From an uncultured virus (IMG/VR IMGVR_UViG_2124908030_000016) (lineage: Duplodnaviria; Heunggongvirae; Uroviricota; Caudoviricetes): DNA of 35,618 bases. The DNA lies in IMG/VR virus record IMGVR_UViG_2124908030_000016; one strand, given 5' to 3'. Position 1 is the stretch's first letter; every line of letters starts with the position of its first letter. Below the pieces are notes generated by a model. The model was not told the DNA's origin. It searched no databases and worked only from the letters and a program-made list of their open reading frames with translations. Below, one piece after another: positions 1-8,498 of the stretch. A program made the position numbers and the translations under genes.

Positions 1-145
1 CTCTGACGCGCTTAAGGGTACCGCTTCCGGGGGCTCCACCTCGCTCGCAGGCTCGCTCGGTCGTTCCGCCGTGTCCTGGTACCCTTAAGCGGTCAAGCGA
101 GGCGCAACGTCCGAAGTGACGTTCGAAAGAACGTTGTTGATTGGT
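1..145 (+). repeat. Family-A upstream element, copy 1 (may extend left of the window): 14-bp perfect inverted repeat CGCTTAAGGGTACC (9-22) / GGTACCCTTAAGCG (78-91), then ACGTTC-GAAA-GAACGT hairpin
   Basis: Near-identical to 1557-1698; ends just before ATG 146. Confidence 0.9.
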
Positions 146-1066
146 ATGAGTGTCGAAAACACGCTCGTTGGCGTTGTGGCGCCGACGAACTGGTGTACGT
201 TCGAGGCGAACCGTGGAAGCAACCGACCTGCCGATGCGAATGTGTTCGACCATTCAGTGTCGCCCCCCGAAGCGCCGGATGCAGGAGCGACGTTCTGCCG
301 GATGCTGGCCTCGGCTGGCATCTCACCCTCGCCCGAGAAGACGACGTTCGTCGTCTTGGGTGGTGATGACGAAGATATCGAGCTCGACGGAAAGCGACTG
401 AAGGCGATGATGGAGTCAGTCACCGGCGCCGACGTCGAAACGTTCGAGACCGGGCCGTACCTGAACAGCAAGGATGCCGGCGAGGAGTGGCGCGAGGTGT
501 TCGAACGTCGTGACCGTGAGTTCGGTGAGTTCGTCGACGAACTGCTAGTGCTCCACGACGGTGAGGAGATGGTGTTCGACGACGTGACGTTCTTCGACGG
601 GAACCGGAATTCGGACGGCAAGACGAACTCAAATGGGTACGACAACCTGACCATCGAGCGCATCACCAGAGCCGTCGATGCGGACCACAGACACGGGATG
701 GCACCCGACGTCGGGCTCCCGGCAAGTGATGAGACGCGCGTCGTTCACGTCCAGGACGTCAACCGTGGTGACTCCGTCTACTGCGGTCGGGCCGACGGTG
801 GTAACTCGCACATCCTGAACACAGTGCCCGATGAGGAGGGCTGGCTCGGTAATCCGTTCTCGGTCGACGAGTACGGTCGTGACGGGGCCATCGCCCGGTT
901 TGCAATGGCGTTCAAGAAGTGCCTCGAGAACCCCGAATTCGCCTCGGCGGTGCGATGCCTCGAGGGTGAAGACTTGGCGTGTCACTGCCACGACGAGCCC
1001 GTCACCGAGGTCACCGAGGCTCCACAGTGTCACGCTGAAGTTATCCTCCAGGAGGTCGAAGGCTAA
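146..1066 (+). CDS. DUF4326 domain-containing protein (C-terminal domain)
   Basis: Motifs VVHV..VYCGR..WLGNPF..L.GEDLACHC..CHAEVI typical of DUF4326; ATG 146 chosen over GTG 116. Confidence 0.75.
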   Translation: MSVENTLVGVVAPTNWCTFEANRGSNRPADANVFDHSVSPPEAPDAGATFCRMLASAGISPSPEKTTFVVLGGDDEDIELDGKRLKAMMESVTGADVETFETGPYLNSKDAGEEWREVFERRDREFGEFVDELLVLHDGEEMVFDDVTFFDGNRNSDGKTNSNGYDNLTIERITRAVDADHRHGMAPDVGLPASDETRVVHVQDVNRGDSVYCGRADGGNSHILNTVPDEEGWLGNPFSVDEYGRDGAIARFAMAFKKCLENPEFASAVRCLEGEDLACHCHDEPVTEVTEAPQCHAEVILQEVEG

Positions 1067-1069
1067 CCA

Positions 1070-1426
1070 ATGAGTTCGAACAACAATACGGACGAGAACG
1101 AGATGCCAGACACAGTCGAGGTCAACGCAGGTGACCTTCACAAGGTGCTGAACAGGCTCGGCCTGACCCAGCAACTCTCACCGAACGCGGACGTCGACTA
1201 CGCACGAGAGCAAATCGGTCACGTCAAGGCCACCATCAACGTCTTCCTCGACTACCGGGAGGCGTACGGTGACTTCGGGTGCCTGACGACTGAAGAAGAC
1301 GGGGCACTAGCGCGACACATCGCAGACGACGTCACGTATATGCCAGCAGAGGAAATCTTCGAGCTGGTCGACTACGACGACTGGACTGACATCGAGCAGT
1401 CGGTCCTGGACCAGCGCTCGCAGTAA
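1070..1426 (+). CDS. hypothetical acidic protein
   Basis: 118-aa acidic ORF starting 3 nt after the previous stop. Confidence 0.75.
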   Translation: MSSNNNTDENEMPDTVEVNAGDLHKVLNRLGLTQQLSPNADVDYAREQIGHVKATINVFLDYREAYGDFGCLTTEEDGALARHIADDVTYMPAEEIFELVDYDDWTDIEQSVLDQRSQ

Positions 1427-1556
1427 GGGAGGCCGGTCACCGTGGCCGGGTAACGAACAACTGTTCGTCGAGCTCATCAGTGGGCCGGCCATCGTGGGCC
1501 CGACGACCAGGTGCGCGATCAGGAGCGACCCGCAACCGCACCGTACCCGCCAGCGC

Positions 1557-1698
1557 CTCTGACGCGCTTAAGGGTACCGGCTTCCGAGGGCTCCACCTCG
1601 CTCGCAGGCTCGCTCGGTCGTTCCGTCGTGTCCTGGTACCCTTAAGCGGTCGGTCGAGGCGCAACGTCCGAAGTAGCGTTCGAAAGAGCGTTGTTGTG
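1557..1698 (+). repeat. Family-A upstream element, copy 2
   Basis: Same CGCTTAAGGGTACC/GGTACCCTTAAGCG inverted repeat, internal CTCGCTCGCAGGCTCGCTCGGTCGTTC and GAAA hairpin; ends at ATG 1699. Confidence 0.9.
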
Positions 1699-1962
1699 AT
1701 GTCGACAATGGAATACGATAGCTACGCACGTGCCGGTGGACAGCCGGCTCCAGACGCCGAACGATGTATCGACTGTTGCTCGTACGCCCCCGTCAACGAC
1801 AGCGGGCGGTGCCCGAGCTGTGAAGACAACAAGCGCGACTACGACGTCGACACGGCATTCGCCAAGCAGTGTGTCGACAATCGAACGAGAAGCCCGCCAG
1901 AGCGTGACGAGGTAGCGTTCATCGAGCACGCACCACAGCCCGGTAACGGTGAATGGCCGTGA
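1699..1962 (+). CDS. small Cys-rich (zinc-finger-like) protein
   Basis: CIDC..CPSC; ATG follows the family-A repeat as in copy 1. Confidence 0.65.
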   Translation: MSTMEYDSYARAGGQPAPDAERCIDCCSYAPVNDSGRCPSCEDNKRDYDVDTAFAKQCVDNRTRSPPERDEVAFIEHAPQPGNGEWP

Positions 1963-2051
1963 GCTACGAGCGATGTGACGGCAAGTGCGGACGACTCGTT
2001 CCGAAAGATGGTGGCGAACTGTGTCCACGATGCAGAGGAGAGCTGTCGTGA
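1959..2051 (+). CDS. 30-aa Cys4 microprotein (CDGKC..CPRC)
   Basis: GTGA overlap with upstream stop; manual translation. Confidence 0.5.
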   Translation: MSYERCDGKCGRLVPKDGGELCPRCRGELS

Positions 2052-2445
2052 GCATCGGTACCTCGGTCGCACTCATCATCTCGATATGGGGACTGCNNNN
2101 NNNNNNNNNNNNNNNNGACACACGGTTGTGATCGCCGGCGTCGACGTCGTCGTCTTCGAGCTCGCGATCAGCAGACACACGATTGTGATCGACGACGTCG
2201 TCCGTGAACTCGTGAACTCGACTGCTGTCAACCAATCAGATATGAACAACCAGAACGCCCCGACACGCTCGCGGTCGCTCGGCGACATATCGCTCTCTGC
2301 ACAGCCCGCGATAGGGGTCGGCCGACGACGCCGTCGCGAGCGCGTCGCCCCGTTCAATCCACCCAGTGGCCGATTGATGCAACCCGATGCAACCCGATGC
2401 AACAGACGGACAGTAGAACCGGGCCGGGCTGTCACACGCCGACGC

Positions 2446-2587
2446 TCGACGGACCCGTCGTTGCGGTCGGTCTTTACTCGGCTCATTTTCTCCGGCGAGT
2501 CAACCGCTACGAGGTAGGTCGACCGGCCTCAAACACCGACTCGGCCGGGTAGACCTACTCCCGTAGCGGTTTTTGTCTTGGAGTGCA
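2446..2587 (+). repeat. Family-B upstream element, copy 1 (hairpin 2503-2570)
   Basis: ACCGCTACG..GTAGGTC / GACCTAC..CGTAGCGGT arms; shares TCGACGGACC, GGCGAGTC, ACTCCCGWAGCG and TTTGTCTTG-NN-GTGYA-ATG with 4358-4583. Confidence 0.7.
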
Positions 2588-3664
2588 ATGAGCCGAGTTG
2601 GCATCCCGACGGACGACGGAGTTGCGGTCGAGCGCGGAACGACGTGCTCGAAAAGAACAGTCGAATCGAATCAGGAGTTCATCGACCAAATGGTGGCAGA
2701 AGTCCCCGCAATCGGTGGTGTTCGTGCAGCGCGCATTGCCCGAAGGCTGGACGGAGCAGAGACCCTGCGCAGTCTCGCGAAGCGGAGTCGTGATGACTTG
2801 ATGACCATCATCTCAATCGGGCCGAAGACGGCTGACACGGTGCGTGAGTGGGCGCTCAAGAGCAAGTACACGTACGCAACTCCGGAGTCACAGAAGACGA
2901 CGCCTGACAACATCCTGGTCCTTGGAGGAGAGAAGATGAACAATCTCACCGAAGACAACGGAACGGAGCGCGTCGCGACGGTGATTGGGAACCAACTCGG
3001 CAAGATAGTTGACCTGGATGACGACTTCTGCGTCGGCTTCGACCGCACGTACGGTGGAAGGGCGGTCCAACACTGGGTCGAGCACCAGTGGGCAACGACC
3101 GACCGGCTGAACATCAGCGCGCAACGGTTCGCCATCCAGTGGGAAGACCACGTCTGCGATGCACAGTTGCGTGCGTGGAATAATGCCACTATCACGCACG
3201 ACGGTGGCTCGTGCCCAGGGTGTGAGTTCAGTGCTGCTGCGTGTGCTCGTGACAACCGGATGGCAGTCTGGGCAGACGCAGTCGTGGTGCTCGAAGACGA
3301 TGACTACCTCGACCGGTCGCTCGAGCGGATTCGACGATACGACCCGACGGTGGTCGACTTGCGCGGTGAGTCGGTTGCCCTCGAGTCGTGGACTCCAACG
3401 CCCAAGCAGACGCTCTCGAACACACTCGACGTCGAAGAACGCACGGAGAGCAAAGAGGAAGACGGAGTGATGACCAGTCCTGGTGAGGTGCTCGAGGCCG
3501 GGACCGTGGCCGAGTGGAAGCGAAAGAACGACGAAGAAACACTCAACGTCGACGACGAGGCGGTTCAGGAGGGTGAGACGTGGTACGACCGGGAAGACGA
3601 GAAGCAGGCACGCAAGCGCTCGGCTGGACAAGGCGTCGGCTCGAAAGGGTTCGCAACGAAATAG
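2588..3664 (+). CDS. helix-hairpin-helix + SLOG(YspA)-like domain protein
   Basis: HhH motifs VPAIGGVRA and IISIGPKTA; NILVLGG and ARDNRMAVWADAVVVL resemble the SLOG RN..M...ADAVV signature; ATG 2588. Confidence 0.55.
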   Translation: MSRVGIPTDDGVAVERGTTCSKRTVESNQEFIDQMVAEVPAIGGVRAARIARRLDGAETLRSLAKRSRDDLMTIISIGPKTADTVREWALKSKYTYATPESQKTTPDNILVLGGEKMNNLTEDNGTERVATVIGNQLGKIVDLDDDFCVGFDRTYGGRAVQHWVEHQWATTDRLNISAQRFAIQWEDHVCDAQLRAWNNATITHDGGSCPGCEFSAAACARDNRMAVWADAVVVLEDDDYLDRSLERIRRYDPTVVDLRGESVALESWTPTPKQTLSNTLDVEERTESKEEDGVMTSPGEVLEAGTVAEWKRKNDEETLNVDDEAVQEGETWYDREDEKQARKRSAGQGVGSKGFATK

Positions 3665-3762
3665 AGCCGACTGACGAACGATGTCACGTCGCGGTGGAAT
3701 GAGCCACACCGTGACGTTGGCAANNNNNNNNNNNNNNNNNNNNCTTCGGAGGTCGAGGACTG

Positions 3763-3900
3763 ATGAGTGGACTGCAAGAGCAGATGGTCGGTGTGACGTG
3801 TCCAGGCTGTGGAAGAACGGGCCTGGTGCCGGAACGTCGGGAGCAGAGGGTGCTCGATGGGCAGGCGGGCTGTCCAGCGTGCGAGGAGGTCGAGGACTGA
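3763..3900 (+). CDS. small CPxCG-type zinc-finger protein (45 aa)
   Basis: MSGLQEQMVGVTCPGCG..CPACEEVED; GGAGG upstream; TGATG coupling. Confidence 0.65.
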   Translation: MSGLQEQMVGVTCPGCGRTGLVPERREQRVLDGQAGCPACEEVED

Positions 3901-4079
3901 TGCGGTCCCGTGGCCGTCTCGACCGTCGTCGGCGTCAGCGGTTCGAGTTCGTCAAGACCTACTGTGCGCTGTGTGGCGACGACTTGGAAGTCACCGTCGA
4001 GCGCTACGAGCGGGCTGGCACGATGAATCGTGACCTGGTCTGTCACCGCTGTGCAGGAACGGAGGGCGAGGACGAATGA
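3900..4079 (+). CDS. small Cys4 zinc-finger protein (59 aa)
   Basis: CALCG..CHRC; GGAGG upstream; TGATG coupling. Confidence 0.65.
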   Translation: MRSRGRLDRRRRQRFEFVKTYCALCGDDLEVTVERYERAGTMNRDLVCHRCAGTEGEDE

Positions 4080-4274
4080 GTTGACGCGATTTCTGCATTC
4101 TCTGGCTGGTTGTGACCTTCGTGTGAACACTGGTGACGGTGCTGGTGAGCGAAAAGCTCGACCACGAGGTCAACGGGCCCGACACCGAGCTCGTCGAGGT
4201 CGAGTGTCCAGACTGCGACGGAACGGGGGAGTGGGAACCACCCGAAGAGCCCGACACCTAGGCGCGCTTCAGCA

Positions 4275-4285
4275 GTTTCTTTTTT
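4275..4285 (+). terminator. possible oligo-T archaeal terminator
   Basis: TTTCTTTTTTG shortly after TAG 4259-4261, the end of the small-gene cluster. Confidence 0.4.
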
Positions 4286-4357
4286 GTGTCGACGCGGTCT
4301 CGAATACTGACTGACACACGCCGAAATTCAGTGCCGTGCAGTCTGTTCGCCGGCTGG

Positions 4358-4580
4358 TCGACGGACCTGCCCGTTGCAGACCGCTGTACTTCATCGGGCC
4401 ATCCACGACGGCGAGTCGCACGCTTCGGGGTTGACCCGCGCCCCGAGCGCGCCCGTTCCGCAGCGACCGCAGGGCGCGCACGCGGTTCCAAAGTCACCCC
4501 CTCTCGGTCCGCTCCGCAGCGACCGCAGTCCCTCGGGGGGCGAGAGTACACTCCCGAAGCGTGCTTTGTCTTGTCGTGTA
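4358..4580 (+). repeat. Family-B upstream element, copy 2 (12-bp inverted repeat GCACGCTTCGGG 4418-4429 / CCCGAAGCGTGC 4553-4564)
   Basis: Shared motifs with 2446-2587; internal direct repeat TCCGCAGCGACCGCAG at 4457 and 4513. Confidence 0.7.
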
Positions 4581-5022
4581 ATGGCCCGAGATAGCCAGCG
4601 GACGGACGGACAGGTTGCAGACGACCAGCGCCAGCGACCGCAGTTGTCGGTTATCATCGCCGGTTCGCGGGGGTTCCTCGACGGTCTCGCTATTCAGTGA
4701 CGAGGACCGCGTCGAGCGCGTTGGTGCGATACTCGAGGCGGTTCCGTGGCCGGTCGACGAGGTCGTGTCGGGGACGGCCCGTGGCGCAGACACGGCCGGC
4801 GAGGCCTGGGCGGAGCACCACGGCGTCCCGGTGGAGCGCTTCCCGGCTGACTGGGACGAGCACGGCAAGAGTGCCGGTCCGATTCGCAATCAGGAGATGG
4901 CCGATTACGCGGACGCGGTCGTGGCCATCTGGGACGGGAAGTCGTCGGGCACTCACAATATGATCCGCACTGGTCGTGAAGACCTCGGCGATGACCGGGT
5001 GTTCGTCTACGAATACCGCTAG
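4581..5022 (+). CDS. DUF2493 / YspA-like SLOG family protein, split by a frameshift near 4680-4700
   Basis: VIIAGSRGF in the frame from ATG 4581; VVSGTARGAD..FPADWDEHGKSAGPIRNQEMADYADAVVAIWDGKSSGTHNMI in the +1 frame. Confidence 0.85.
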
Positions 5023-5044
5023 GCGGGCAGTCAGGTTCCAGTGC

Positions 5045-5871
5045 NNNNNNNNNNNNNNNNNNNNNNNNNNNNNNNNNNNNNNNNNNNNNNNNNNNNNNNN
5101 NNNNNNNNNNNNNNNNNNNNNNNNNNNNNNNNNNNNNNNNNNNNNNNNNNNNNNNNNNNNNNNNNNNNNNNNNNNNNNNNNNNNNNNNNNNNNNNNNNNN
5201 NNNNNNNNNNNNNNNNNNNNNNNNNNNNNNNNNNNNNNNNNNNNNNNNNNNNNNNNNNNNNNNNNNNNNNNNNNNNNNNNNNNNNNNNNNNNNNNNNNNN
5301 NNNNNNNNNNNNNNNNNNNNNNNNNNNNNNNNNNNNNNNNNNNNNNNNNNNNNNNNNNNNNNNNNNNNNNNNNNNNNNNNNNNNNNNNNNNNNNNNNNNN
5401 NNNNNNNNNNNNNNNNNNNNNNNNNNNNNNNNNNNNNNNNNNNNNNNNNNNNNNNNNNNNNNNNNNNNNNNNNNNNNNNNNNNNNNNNNNNNNNNNNNNN
5501 NNNNNNNNNNNNNNNNNNNNNNNNNNNNNNNNNNNNNNNNNNNNNNNNNNNNNNNNNNNNNNNNNNNNNNNNNNNNNNNNNNNNNNNNNNNNNNNNNNNN
5601 NNNNNNNNNNNNNNNNNNNNNNNNNNNNNNNNNNNNNNNNNNNNNNNNNNNNNNNNNNNNNNNNNNNNNNNNNNNNNNNNNNNNNNNNNNNNNNNNNNNN
5701 NNNNNNNNNNNNNNNNNNNNNNNNNNNNNNNNNNNNNNNNNNNNNNNNNNNNNNNNNNNNNNNNNNNNNNNNNNNNNNNNNNNNNNNNNNNNNNNNNNNN
5801 NNNNNNNNNNNNNNNNNNNNNNNNNNNNNNNNNNNNNNNNNNNNNNNNNNNNNNNNNNNNNNNNNNNNNNN
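5045..5871. other. assembly gap (N run)
   Basis: Run of N; shorter gaps at 2097-2116 and 3724-3743. Confidence 1.
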
Positions 5872-6255
5872 CAGTGGGAACTCAACGACGAGCCCGTGAG
5901 CTCCCAGACCGCGACGGTCACCGAGGGCCTCAACGAGCTGCCATACGGAGTTAGCAAGGTCGGCGCAATCACCGGTGGATTCGGCTACGACGCGCTCAAG
6001 CACACCTTGACGGCCGATGACCCTGACGACGTCGTCCCTGACCCAGTGGACGGAACGGTGTTCGACGCCGAGAGCGAGGAATTCGGCGGTGACGTCGAGG
6101 CACGCAACGTGAGCGCACTGAACTGGGCCGACACGCTCCTGGTGCTCACCAACGGAGACTACATTGGGATGTTCATCCTGATGGTCACCGGAAACCAGTA
6201 CGACGTCGGTAACGTCGACATCATCTCGATGGCAGAGCAGGACGAAGACGAGTAG
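5872..6255 (+). CDS. 3' part of a protein with SLOG-like C-terminus (start lies in the gap)
   Basis: AITGG..EARNVSALNWADTLLVL resembles the SLOG motifs of neighbours. Confidence 0.5.
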   Translation, partial: QWELNDEPVSSQTATVTEGLNELPYGVSKVGAITGGFGYDALKHTLTADDPDDVVPDPVDGTVFDAESEEFGGDVEARNVSALNWADTLLVLTNGDYIGMFILMVTGNQYDVGNVDIISMAEQDEDE

Positions 6256-6319
6256 CAGAGCACCACCGCGCCGTTTTCTTTCCGTACGACCAGCGCAGTT
6301 TCAAGCTGGTCAGACAAGA

Positions 6320-6463
6320 ATGGTCATAACAGAAGCAGACAAACCGACTCTACAGGCGTACTACTTCGACAAGAACAACGTGTACCAAATCGTCGACGAC
6401 GACGGGCCTCAGGGAGCGTTCATCTGGGTCAACGGCAGCGACACTGTCACGGTCAAACGATGA
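6320..6463 (+). CDS. hypothetical 47-aa protein
   Basis: ATG 6320; ATGA overlap with the next gene. Confidence 0.5.
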   Translation: MVITEADKPTLQAYYFDKNNVYQIVDDDGPQGAFIWVNGSDTVTVKR

Positions 6464-7260
6464 CACTCACTAACGTCAACTACTGTGGCGAGTTCCGCGC
6501 CGAACGACTTCGCGAAGTCGGTATCGAAGATGCCACCGACCTTGCCGAACAGGAGGCCCACGACCTGGCCGACCAGACGTACGGCATCAGCCAGCGCGAC
6601 TGTGCGCTGATGATTTCGTCAGCGCGAGACCAGGTCGACAACACCGACCCCGTGGTCGAGAAAGACGAACTGGACCGTCTGGTCGGTGTCGGCTCACAGG
6701 GACAACGCGTCCTTCGCAACAATGGCTACCAGTCGTTCCGTGACGTCGCCGAAGCCGATGCGCGTGAGCTCCACGAGACCATCCAGAACGACACCGATCG
6801 GGCGTACAACCACGACACAACGGTGACAGAAGCGATGATAGAGGACGCCTGTGAGCGTGTCGACATCGCTCGTAATCCGGATGCCAGCCCGGACACACCG
6901 TCACAGAACGGCGTCAGCGTGTTCGTGCTGGTCGGGGACGACGCACCCGAGCGTGATGAAACTGACACCGCCGACCGGATGCGCGAGGCGCTGGACACCG
7001 TTACAGAGCCAATCACAAAGTTGCTGGTGACCGAACCAGAGTACGGCCTGGACTGGGCGTCAACCTATCGGTCGAACACACCCCAACCGGTCGGACTCAG
7101 CGCCTATCAACCCCAGCACTACAACGATATCTACCAGCGCAACGAGTCCGTGATGCGAGATGCTGAGCACCTGGTCATCGTCGAGTCCGGGTTCCCCGCT
7201 GGCATCTTTATCTCGATGGCACCAGAATTCGACATCACCGTTCACCACGAAGACCGATGA
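6460..7260 (+). CDS. tandem HhH (RadA/Rad51 N-terminal-like) + SLOG-like domain protein
   Basis: LTNVNYCGEFRAERLREVGI..DLAE and LVGVGSQGQRVLRNNGYQS..DVAEA; C-terminal VFVLVG..YQRNESVMRDAEHLVIV. Confidence 0.55.
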   Translation: MTLTNVNYCGEFRAERLREVGIEDATDLAEQEAHDLADQTYGISQRDCALMISSARDQVDNTDPVVEKDELDRLVGVGSQGQRVLRNNGYQSFRDVAEADARELHETIQNDTDRAYNHDTTVTEAMIEDACERVDIARNPDASPDTPSQNGVSVFVLVGDDAPERDETDTADRMREALDTVTEPITKLLVTEPEYGLDWASTYRSNTPQPVGLSAYQPQHYNDIYQRNESVMRDAEHLVIVESGFPAGIFISMAPEFDITVHHEDR

Positions 7261-7562
7261 CAAAAGACGGCGTCCTGTACGTCCAAGAACAGCTGGCGAA
7301 TAAACTCGAAGACGAGATCACAGAAGCACTCGCTGAACACGAGATCCACGAACCGTTCAGACTCAATCCACAGCTCGGTGGTGGCTGGCACCAAAACATC
7401 GAGAAACGTTGGCCGAACGAGTCTGACATCCCGGTGTACTGCTACCAGGAGCGAGTCGGCACGCTCCACGTCGAGATGGAGTCGACGGTGAAACAAGGTA
7501 TGACTGGTGCCGAGTACGTCGGCAAGAAACTCACCGACTACACAATCACGATCACACAATGA
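7257..7562 (+). CDS. hypothetical protein, paralog of 28011-28292
   Basis: Shared V.(M/L)EST(V/I)K..(M/L)TG.EY(V/I)GKK(L/V)T.Y.I. Confidence 0.7.
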   Translation: MTKDGVLYVQEQLANKLEDEITEALAEHEIHEPFRLNPQLGGGWHQNIEKRWPNESDIPVYCYQERVGTLHVEMESTVKQGMTGAEYVGKKLTDYTITITQ

Positions 7563-8077
7563 ACGTCGGCGCATCGGCATACTTCAGAGAGCAGAGCCGA
7601 ATCTTCGGCTGGTGTAAAGTGACGTTCACGTGTCTGGACCGGAAGATGTTCGTCTCGACGGACCCGGTCGAGCAGTCGTATCTCCAGATCAGCATCGACG
7701 CAGACGGTGTGACGGTCCCGGACCAGTACCTCCGAGTGTCGATAATCGACCAGACCGAACGGCGACTGCCGGGCCCACACTCTGATGACTGGGACACGCT
7801 CCATCGCGTGATGATGACCGTCGTCGACGAGGACCACGGGCTCTGTGAGAGCGGACACAGCGGAGCAAAACGGTGCCCGTGGCGCAAGGGGACCAAACTC
7901 GATGCCTACGTCACCGAGGTCGCATCGGTCACGGGCGCAATCAGCACGTGCCTGGACAGGTGGCACTACATCGAGCCGAGCTGGCCAGAGTGTCACCACG
8001 AGGGCTGTGAGGAGCCGGTCGCCAGCGAAGACATCGACTACTGTTCGCTCGAGCACGAGGCGATTACACAGCGATAG
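7559..8077 (+). CDS. hypothetical Cys/His-rich protein
   Basis: ATGA coupled; C-terminal CHHEGC..YCSLEH. Confidence 0.65.
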   Translation: MNVGASAYFREQSRIFGWCKVTFTCLDRKMFVSTDPVEQSYLQISIDADGVTVPDQYLRVSIIDQTERRLPGPHSDDWDTLHRVMMTVVDEDHGLCESGHSGAKRCPWRKGTKLDAYVTEVASVTGAISTCLDRWHYIEPSWPECHHEGCEEPVASEDIDYCSLEHEAITQR

Positions 8078-8108
8078 AGTTACGTTCATCACACACATAC
8101 GATGGTGT

Positions 8109-8363
8109 GTGAGCCACAAGACGAAGGTCGACGAAGAACTCCTCGACTCCATTCGGTCGAAGTACGGAATCGAGACAGACAAGCAGACAACGTTCTCGCG
8201 AACACGTGATGGTTGTATCGAAGCAATCAGACTCGCGACTGAGCAACTTGGTCACGAGCCAGCGCGACTCGAGTACCAGCGACTGGACATCCTGCCGACA
8301 GTCGAGTACATCGTGCGACTGTTCGGGACCTGGGACGACGCAGTCCAGTGTGCAACTCGCTGA
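8109..8363 (+). CDS. protein with one homing-endonuclease-associated repeat (PF18780-like)
   Basis: CIEAIRLATEQLGHEP..EY....LPT...IVRLFGTWDDAV; start uncertain. Confidence 0.6.
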   Translation: MSHKTKVDEELLDSIRSKYGIETDKQTTFSRTRDGCIEAIRLATEQLGHEPARLEYQRLDILPTVEYIVRLFGTWDDAVQCATR

Positions 8364-8400
8364 TACGACTCACAGAGCTCGTCACGCAGGTCGAGTTCAT

Positions 8401-8477
8401 CCGTTCGTGCGCGACACAGCAGTAGTCCTCTCGGCTCCCTCCGGTCGCCGGTAGAACTATCTACGTGTCGCGCATAC
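8401..8477 (+). repeat. 77-78 bp hairpin element, copy 1 (subtype alpha)
   Basis: CCGTT..TGCGCGACAC-A-GCAG-TAGT..ACTA-T-CTAC-GTGTCGCGCA-TAC. Confidence 0.95.
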
Positions 8478-8498
8478 AGAAGTAGTGAAGTAAAACCA

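Noticed and set aside
3748..3902. Direct repeat GGAGGTCGAGGACTGATG (two copies)
   Set aside because: Explained as Shine-Dalgarno plus stop/start coupling at the ends of adjacent small genes
4690..6003. Long ORFs spanning the N gap
   Set aside because: Artefacts of translating Ns
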